Source: a virus (lineage: Duplodnaviria; Heunggongvirae; Uroviricota; Caudoviricetes). From it: a stretch of DNA of 4,330 nt. The position numbers and the translations under genes were made by a program. Each line of letters opens with the position of its first letter. Position 1 is the stretch's first letter. The notes beneath the pieces were generated by a model, which worked only from the letters and a program-made list of their open reading frames with translations, ran no database searches and had not been told where the DNA came from. This document shows positions 1 through 4,330 of the stretch, one piece after another. The stretch lies in the IMG/VR virus record IMGVR_UViG_2706794667_000008, positions 1 to 4,330 of that record; one strand, given 5' to 3'.

Positions 1-23
1 CCCCCCGACAGACCTGTGCTATC

Positions 24-60
24 GGAAAGAAAAAAGGCCATCAGCAAAACTCTGATGGCC
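24..60 (-). terminator. Intrinsic terminator on minus strand (copy 1 of the terminator upstream of the holin in copy 2)
   Basis: Inverted repeat GGCCATCAG (36..44) / CTGATGGCC (52..60) with 7-nt loop; on the minus strand the stem is followed directly by TTTTTTCTTTCC (complement of 24..35). No T-run on the plus side. Confidence 0.6.
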
Positions 61-105
61 TGAATCACCTTTACCAATATTGTATGAAAAAACACGCACG
101 ACTAA

Positions 106-134
106 TTGACAATAATTTTCATTTCCATTAAAAA
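106..134 (+). promoter_or_regulatory. Candidate sigma70 promoter, plus strand (antisense to phage late transcription)
   Basis: TTGACA (106..111), 17-bp spacer, TAAAAA (129..134); AT-rich context. Sequence pattern only, no expression evidence. Confidence 0.25.
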
Positions 135-538
135 AGATCGCGTAGCATTCTTAATTCATGAGGAACTTTACCCGCCAGCAATCTGAGTAGCGAAAGCTGT
201 TCATCCCCAATGTTTTTGCTGGCGGGTCCTTTTTTCTACGGTCCTCCTCCCCGGAGGGGGGCATTTCATTATTTTTCTAATCGTTACTGGTGAGAAGGCG
301 GAAGAAAAAGCCAGTTCTTCGCCCCTAAATAACAGCATGATTCCAGTCCATGCAAAATCTGATTTCCAGCTCACACATACCGAGCGCTGTACAAAAAACC
401 GCCAGCCAAGGCAGTTAAGAGTGTGTTCCCGGGGTTTGCTTAGAATATTTTGTAAGTTGTCCGAAGAGATATTTACAACACCAGAATGATGCATTATCAG
501 TCCCCTGCCAGAGGTTCACTACGTAACCTGACCGACAA

Positions 539-851
539 TGAAGTGGCACACTGAATTTGGCCACCTGAACAGAGGTGATATGCTCACCTCAGAACAACAC
601 AGGTGCTCCAATGAAAAAAAGAAATTTTAGCGCAGAGTTTAAACGCGAATCCGCTCAACTGGTTGTTGACCAGAAATACACGGTGGCAGATGCCGCCAAA
701 GCTATGGATGTTGGCCTTTCCACAATGACAAGATGGGTCAAACAACTGCGTGATGAGCGTCAGGGCAAAACACCAAAAGCCTCTCCGATAACACCAGAAC
801 AAATCGAAATACGTAAGCTGAGGAAAAAGCTACAACGCATTGAAATGGAGA
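539..851 (+). mobile_element. IS911 (IS3 family) left-end fragment, about 313 bp, truncated internally
   Basis: Begins TGAAGTGGCACACTGAATTTGGCCACC, recognised as the IS911 left inverted repeat, followed by the orfA reading frame; similarity stops at 851/852 where the sequence becomes phage endolysin on the opposite strand. No right end present. Confidence 0.85.
611..850 (+). pseudogene. IS911 orfA (transposase OrfA, HTH) truncated after codon 80
   Basis: Translation [80 protein letters not shown] matches IS911 OrfA from memory; lacks the C-terminus, the frameshift window and orfB. The 575 start in the ORF track is an upstream in-frame extension. Confidence 0.85.
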
Positions 852-1059
852 CTGCTTCGGTATACGTTTTACCGAGCATGATGTCTTTTCCGGTGTGTCC
901 GTGACATACAGTCCATACACCAATGATATCTTTGTATGGTATGTAGCTGACACCTTCCAGACCATCGTTACCACCTGGGCCAGTGATTAACACAGATGCT
1001 ATAGCAACAGCCCCACCACCAATAGCAGCTGCAACAGCCTTGCGTAATGATGGCGACAT
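852..1059 (-). pseudogene. SAR endolysin (phage 21 R / RrrD-like lysozyme), N-terminal 69 codons only, fused to IS911 antisense sequence
   Basis: [69 protein letters not shown] resembles the N-terminus of lambdoid SAR endolysins; after codon 69 the frame reads into IS911 antisense (VSISMRCS...) until a stop at 760. Start overlaps the holin stop (TAATG). Confidence 0.8.
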
Positions 1060-1274
1060 TATTCACCTCTCGCAGCCTTACGCTTGTCTTCTCTTATTTT
1101 GAAATACAGATTTGTCAGATAAGTCAGAAGCCCCAGAAGCAGACTTCCCAGCACACCAATCGCAGCCCACTGTGATGGACTGACCTGATCCAACCACTGC
1201 AAAAACCAGTAGCCGGCACTGCCGGCGGAGGTGCCGTAGGCAATGCCTGTTGATATTTTTTCCATCTGATACAT
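1059..1274 (-). CDS. Class II holin (pinholin), phage 21 S / EssD-like, 71 aa
   Basis: [71 protein letters not shown]; two predicted TM segments, charged C-terminus, Met1/Met4 dual-start motif; sits immediately upstream of and overlapping the endolysin start. Confidence 0.9.
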   Translation of the reverse strand: MYQMEKISTGIAYGTSAGSAGYWFLQWLDQVSPSQWAAIGVLGSLLLGLLTYLTNLYFKIREDKRKAARGE

Positions 1275-1303
1275 ATCCCGCCCCCCGACAGACCTGTGCT
1301 ATC

Positions 1304-1340
1304 GGAAAGAAAAAAGGCCATCAGCAAAACTCTGATGGCC
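1304..1340 (-). terminator. Intrinsic terminator on minus strand, 30 bp upstream of the holin start
   Basis: Same GGCCATCAG / CTGATGGCC hairpin as 24..60, followed on the minus strand by TTTTTTCTTTCC. Confidence 0.6.
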
Positions 1341-1385
1341 TGAATCACCTTTACCAATATTGTATGAAAAAACACGCACGACTAA

Positions 1386-1414
1386 TTGACAATAATTTTC
1401 ATTTCCATTAAAAA
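1386..1414 (+). promoter_or_regulatory. Candidate sigma70 promoter, plus strand (repeat copy 2)
   Basis: Same TTGACA-17-TAAAAA motif as 106..134. Confidence 0.25.
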
Positions 1415-1954
1415 AGATCGCGTAGCATTCTTAATTCATGAGGAACTTTACCCGCCAGCAATCTGAGTAGCGAAAGCTGTTCATCCCCAATGTTTTTGCT
1501 GGCGGGTCCTTTTTTCTACGGTCCTCCTCCCCGGAGGGGGGCATTTCATTATTTTTCTAATCGTTACTGGTGAGAAGGCGGAAGAAAAAGCCAGTTCTTC
1601 GCCCCTAAATAACAGCATGATTCCAGTCCATGCAAAATCTGATTTCCAGCTCACACATACCGAGCGCTGTACAAAAAACCGCCAGCCAAGGCAGTTAAGA
1701 GTGTGTTCCCGGGGTTTGCTTAGAATATTTTGTAAGTTGTCCGAAGAGATATTTACAACACCAGAATGATGAATCATCAGTCCCCTGCCAGAGGTTCACT
1801 ACGTAACCTGACCGACAATGCACCATTCTGGTGCTGAAAAAAGAGCACTGGAACTGCAACAAAACAACATCACAGAACAGGAGATGGTAAGGAGTCAGAC
1901 ATTCCCACACAATATTGTGTCAGTGCAAATAACAACCTTCGTCTCAAATCTCGC

Positions 1955-2029
<75 letters not shown>

Positions 2030-2032
2030 ATA

Positions 2033-2108
<76 letters not shown>

Positions 2109-2110
2109 GC

Positions 2111-2187
2111 TGGCCCACCACCGAGGACTCGAACCTCGCACCGTCAACTTAGAAGGTTGATGCTCTATCCGGATGAGCTAGTGGTGG
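2111..2187 (-). tRNA. tRNA-Arg (anticodon UCU)
   Basis: CCACCACTAGCTCATCCGGATAGAGCATCAACCTTCTAAGTTGACGGTGCGAGGTTCGAGTCCTCGGTGGTGGGCCA: anticodon stem TCAAC/GTTGA, loop CTTCTAA, T-loop TTCGAGT, 7-bp acceptor with an unusual C1-G72 pair. Confidence 0.7.
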
Positions 2188-2188
2188 T

Positions 2189-2265
2189 TGGTGGCCCTTG
2201 CTGGACTTGAACCAGCGACCTGGCGATTATGAGTCGCTCGCTCTGACCAACTGAGCTAAAGGGCC
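2189..2265 (-). tRNA. tRNA-Ile2 (anticodon CAU, ileX/ileZ-like); elongator Met not excluded on anticodon alone
   Basis: GGCCCTTTAGCTCAGTTGGTCAGAGCGAGCGACTCATAATCGCCAGGTCGCTGGTTCAAGTCCAGCAAGGGCCACCA: loop CTCATAA; acceptor and T-arm closely resemble E. coli ileX as recalled. Confidence 0.75.
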
Positions 2266-2361
2266 GGAGGCAGAATAATAACCATATGTCATCACATCTG
2301 CAAACTCATCTGACCACCAGCACGTTTAACGTCCTGTGCCGTTTTTCAGGTATAAAAAAAC

Positions 2362-2387
2362 CCGCATAAAGCGGGCTCTTTCAAATG
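2362..2387 (-). terminator. Intrinsic terminator directly downstream of the Q-like gene (tR'-like late terminator)
   Basis: On the minus strand: GCCCGC, loop TTTAT, GCGGGT, then a 7-T run; 68 bp downstream of the Q stop, upstream of the tRNA array. Confidence 0.8.
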
Positions 2388-2454
2388 TCCATGTCTGCTA
2401 TTCGCCTCGCGGTACAGCTTTGCGAAGCGTACAAGAATTGAAGCAGTTTTTACG

Positions 2455-3009
2455 TCAAAAAGCAATAACTTTTTTCTCTATACCAAAAGCCATAACCATT
2501 GGTTTGTACAAAATAAATTCTGCCACCTTTAGCCAATGCTCAATGCGTCTTTCACAGGTTCTTAAACTCCATTTCGGGTGTGCATCATTCAGCAGTTCAG
2601 CCATTTTGCGTTTGGTCATCCCCCGCCCCTCATACCGTTGCCGAAGGACGCTAATCAATCCTGGATGCTCTGCCAGCACCTCACTTATGACCCGATCAAT
2701 ACATAACGCCTCTGCATCAGTACAATGCGCCAGCCAGCTCTTTTGCTTACCGTTAATCATATCCCGCAAAAAAGCCTCAAGTTCAGACTTGTTCAGACCT
2801 GCTTTTTTCATCCTCCGGAGCGCCTCGTTAATTGCCGTTTTTGTCAGCTTTTTAGAGGTCAACATCAGGTTAAACATATTCCCCGTCTTACCGCCACCAA
2901 TATACGACCAGCGCCCCCACATACGTAGTTTTCCCTGAATCCAGACACTTTCCAGCGTGGTGAGACGAAGGTGTTCTCCGCTTTTTCCTGTATTCGTTGG
3001 GTAAATCAT
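2455..3009 (-). CDS. Putative late-gene antiterminator Q-like protein, 184 aa
   Basis: Starts MIYPTNTGKSGEHLRL... at ATG 3009 preceded by AGGAGGG; the 3129 start in the ORF track is an unsupported extension overlapping the upstream gene. Position between the nin-region genes and the tR'-like terminator matches lambdoid Q; family assignment is from context and recollection, not alignment. Confidence 0.6.
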   Translation of the reverse strand: MIYPTNTGKSGEHLRLTTLESVWIQGKLRMWGRWSYIGGGKTGNMFNLMLTSKKLTKTAINEALRRMKKAGLNKSELEAFLRDMINGKQKSWLAHCTDAEALCIDRVISEVLAEHPGLISVLRQRYEGRGMTKRKMAELLNDAHPKWSLRTCERRIEHWLKVAEFILYKPMVMAFGIEKKVIAF

Positions 3010-3296
3010 AAATATCCCTCCTTTCTCCAGATTTCTTGTGTGCGAAAAACACCTTCTGCATGCATCAGGCGTAATTCTTCTTTGGTGTAATCGCTGGTTT
3101 TTACCCGCCCGTCGATTAAATCGTGGCACGAGCTACAGGCAATCGCTGCCTGCATATCGTGTGGCTTTATCGCTGTTCCGCACGTTCCCGCCAGTCGGTA
3201 ATGCGCCAGCACAGACGTTTCCGGATCGTGATTGCAGTAGCCAGGAATTCTGACGGTGCACATCTGCCCCCGCGCCGCTTTACGTAAATCCACCAT
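3006..3296 (-). CDS. YbcO-like lambdoid nin-region protein (DUF1364 family, Cys-rich), 96 aa
   Basis: MVDLRKAARGQMCTVRIPGYCNHDPETSVLAHYRLAGTCGTAIKPHDMQAAIACSSCHDLIDGR... shares the DLRKAARG / VRIPG-CN / PETSVLAH / CGT / IACS-CHD pattern recalled for DLP12 YbcO. Stop overlaps the Q start (ATGA). Confidence 0.75.
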   Translation of the reverse strand: MVDLRKAARGQMCTVRIPGYCNHDPETSVLAHYRLAGTCGTAIKPHDMQAAIACSSCHDLIDGRVKTSDYTKEELRLMHAEGVFRTQEIWRKEGYL

Positions 3297-3895
3297 TACG
3301 CAAACTCCAGCAGCTGCGCGGCCACATTTTCGACTTGTTCCGGAGAGGAAAATTTACGGAACAGAATCCAGTTCCACAGCACATTCAGAACAGATTTATA
3401 AACCTGCTGAAACTCGGTTTCGTCCATATTCGCAAAAGCGATGGATTTTGCCCGACGCCCGCGGCTACCGTCCGGATAAAAATGTTCGGTGTAAAATCCA
3501 GCCTGAATGGTTACCCACTCGCGAAAAGCCTCAAACGACTTTAGCAATGCCGTATCCCGGGTTCTGCGTGTCGCAACTGTATTCAGATATTGCTCTGCGG
3601 CTTCGCTCAGAGCTGGCGTATGTTCCCGACCTACTGATTCGCACAGGTAATCAACGAAACCAGACAGCAGTTCTCGTTCGCGAGGCGTGATCGCCCCACC
3701 GACCGGAGTCCAGTAATCGAATCCCAGTTGCAGGAGTTTGAAAAAACGCTTGTGGAATGCGTAGTTACGCACACGCTTAAAGTCTGCGTGTATCCACTCA
3801 CCTGTTTTGATTTGATGCAGAAAATCGCAACTCTCCGGCGTCGCCGGGAGAAGTAATCCGGAAGAGGTTTGTTTGATCAGTTGTATATGCGCCAT
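3296..3895 (-). CDS. Lambdoid nin-region protein, probably DUF1367 family, 199 aa
   Basis: ORF MAHIQLIKQTSSGLLLPATPESCDFLHQIKTGEWIHADFKRV... with GGAGAA upstream of ATG 3895; stop overlaps the next start (TAATG). Real-gene call is firm; the family name is from memory of prophage annotations and needs a profile search. Confidence 0.55.
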   Translation of the reverse strand: MAHIQLIKQTSSGLLLPATPESCDFLHQIKTGEWIHADFKRVRNYAFHKRFFKLLQLGFDYWTPVGGAITPRERELLSGFVDYLCESVGREHTPALSEAAEQYLNTVATRRTRDTALLKSFEAFREWVTIQAGFYTEHFYPDGSRGRRAKSIAFANMDETEFQQVYKSVLNVLWNWILFRKFSSPEQVENVAAQLLEFA

Positions 3896-3966
3896 CGTAG
3901 TTCTCCGCTGGCGCAGTAGAATGGGTGTTCAGCCCGTTATGTAGTATACCAGAATTAATGCCAATA

Positions 3967-4179
3967 CTAACAGGATGCTCTGACTCGCAATTCATCCAGC
4001 AGTTTATCATTTCCCATAATGTCACTTACCCTCATCGGTAAAAAAATTGCCTTTCGACCATTACGATACATCATTGATTTTTTGGTTTCAGGGAAGTAAT
4101 CCATTTCGACTATAACTGACAGGTCATCACGACGTATGACTGCGTATTTACTACTAAATAGTTTCTTTATTTTTTCCAC
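3967..4179 (-). CDS. Hypothetical small protein (70 aa), AT-rich orphan; GTG start
   Basis: GTG at 4179 preceded by GGAGG with a 4-nt spacer; AT-rich codons (AAA, ATA, CTA). No homolog recognised. The frame stays open upstream to a stop inside IS1 (4246..4248) with no other start codon, so it may be either a small moron gene or the tail of a gene cut by IS1. Confidence 0.4.
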   Translation of the reverse strand: MEKIKKLFSSKYAVIRRDDLSVIVEMDYFPETKKSMMYRNGRKAIFLPMRVSDIMGNDKLLDELRVRASC

Positions 4180-4230
4180 GATGCCTCCAGGTTTATAAGT
4201 ACAAACGGTTATATCAACATAGAGACAAAA

Positions 4231-4330
4231 GGTGATGCTGCCAACTTACTGATTTAGTGTATGATCGTGTTTTTGAGGTGCTCCAGTGGCTTCTGTTTCT
4301 ATCAGCTGTCCCTCCTGTTCAGCTACTGAC
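4231..4330 (+). mobile_element. IS1 left end (inverted repeat plus start of insA), runs off the window
   Basis: GGTGATGCTGCCAACTTACTGATTTAGTGTATGAT... recognised as the IS1 terminal inverted repeat and leader; one difference from the form I recall (tgatCgtg versus tgatGgtg). Confidence 0.85.
4286..4330 (+). CDS. insA: IS1 InsA, N-terminal 15 codons (partial, continues beyond window)
   Basis: GTG GCT TCT GTT TCT ATC AGC TGT CCC TCC TGT TCA GCT ACT GAC translates VASVSISCPSCSATD, the recalled InsA N-terminus. Confidence 0.8.
   Translation, partial: MASVSISCPSCSATD

Larger units (their letters stand above)
1..540. repeat. Direct repeat copy 1 (540 bp), 538/540 identical to 1281..1820; may extend left of the window
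   Basis: Base-by-base comparison with 1281..1820; the only differences are at 492 and 495 (c,t) versus 1772 and 1775 (a,c). Copy starts at window position 1, so true left boundary is unknown. Confidence 0.9.
1281..1820. repeat. Direct repeat copy 2 (540 bp), native context between the tRNA array and the holin
   Basis: Identical to 1..540 except two clustered substitutions; here it is flanked by unique sequence leading to the tRNAs on one side and the holin start on the other. Confidence 0.9.

Noticed and set aside
201-494. 97-aa minus-strand ORF inside repeat copy 1 (98-aa equivalent at 1481..1777)
   Set aside because: Cys/Trp/Arg-rich, low-complexity translation with no recognisable domain and no convincing RBS; sits in a region better explained as non-coding leader. 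Kept only as a remote possibility under the cargo-slot finding.
760-851. 3' portion of the 99-aa minus-strand ORF
   Set aside because: These 30 codons are IS911 sequence read on the antisense strand after the fusion point, not endolysin coding sequence.
575-904. 109-aa plus-strand ORF from the track
   Set aside because: It is IS911 orfA with a spurious 12-codon upstream extension and a nonsense tail past the truncation point at 851; annotated instead as the truncated orfA at 611..850.
584-974. Minus-strand ORFs 584..802 and 738..974
   Set aside because: Antisense to IS911 orfA and out of frame with the endolysin fragment; no RBS or homology.
1124-1375. 83-aa minus-strand ORF overlapping the holin in another frame
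   Set aside because: Alternative-frame overlap of a well-supported holin gene; spurious.
1281-1954. Shiga toxin or other toxin cargo between the tRNAs and the holin
   Set aside because: No ORF of suitable size or signal-peptide-like start exists in this interval on either strand.
2388-2460. Late promoter PR' between the Q stop and the tR'-like terminator
   Set aside because: A TTGACG -35-like hexamer overlaps the Q stop (2453..2458), but I could not find a matching -10 at 16 to 18 bp spacing, so I do not call a promoter.
2336-2938. 200-aa plus-strand ORF, and 2725..2928 plus
   Set aside because: Antisense to the Q-like gene and starting inside the tR'-like terminator; the translation is low-complexity.
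3010-3129. N-terminal 40-codon extension of the Q-like ORF in the track
   Set aside because: It overlaps the YbcO-like gene out of frame, whereas ATG 3009 has a strong AGGAGGG RBS and gives the typical ATGA coupling.
3038-3690. Plus-strand ORFs 3038..3253, 3256..3690 and 3335..3544
   Set aside because: Antisense to the coupled nin-region genes, with no RBS and Arg/Pro-rich translations typical of antisense frames.
3798-4025. 75-aa minus-strand ORF
   Set aside because: Overlaps the 5' end of the DUF1367-like gene in another frame and has no RBS.
4231-4330. Cloning-vector contamination (the sequence matches part of pACYC184)
   Set aside because: The matching vector segment is itself an IS1 fragment carried over from Tn9; here it starts exactly at the IS1 inverted repeat and reads into insA, so a chromosomal IS1 is the simpler explanation.

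Overview
This window reads as a degraded lambdoid prophage late-control and lysis region, with the phage genes on the minus strand, most likely from an E. coli/Shigella-type genome. All identifications are from reading the sequence and from recalled family knowledge; no database search was run. In phage orientation (high to low coordinates) the order is: an IS1 left end at the window edge (4231..4330), a small AT-rich orphan ORF, three translationally coupled nin-region genes (DUF1367-like, YbcO/DUF1364-like, Q-like antiterminator), an intrinsic terminator (tR'-like), a compact array of four tRNA genes (Ile2-CAU, Arg-UCU, Thr-UGU, Gly-UCC), about 680 bp with no convincing ORF, a second terminator, an S21-type pinholin, and a SAR endolysin cut off after codon 69 by fusion to the interior of an IS911 fragment (539..851). 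A 540-bp segment (1..540) is a near-perfect direct repeat of 1281..1820 and abuts the IS911 left end, marking a rearrangement or duplication joint. I found no large undescribed protein system. The points most worth a second look are the ORF-free, duplicated 540-bp element in the slot where lambdoid phages usually carry cargo such as stx, a candidate antisense small RNA inside it, the four-tRNA array, and the IS-bounded orphan ORF.
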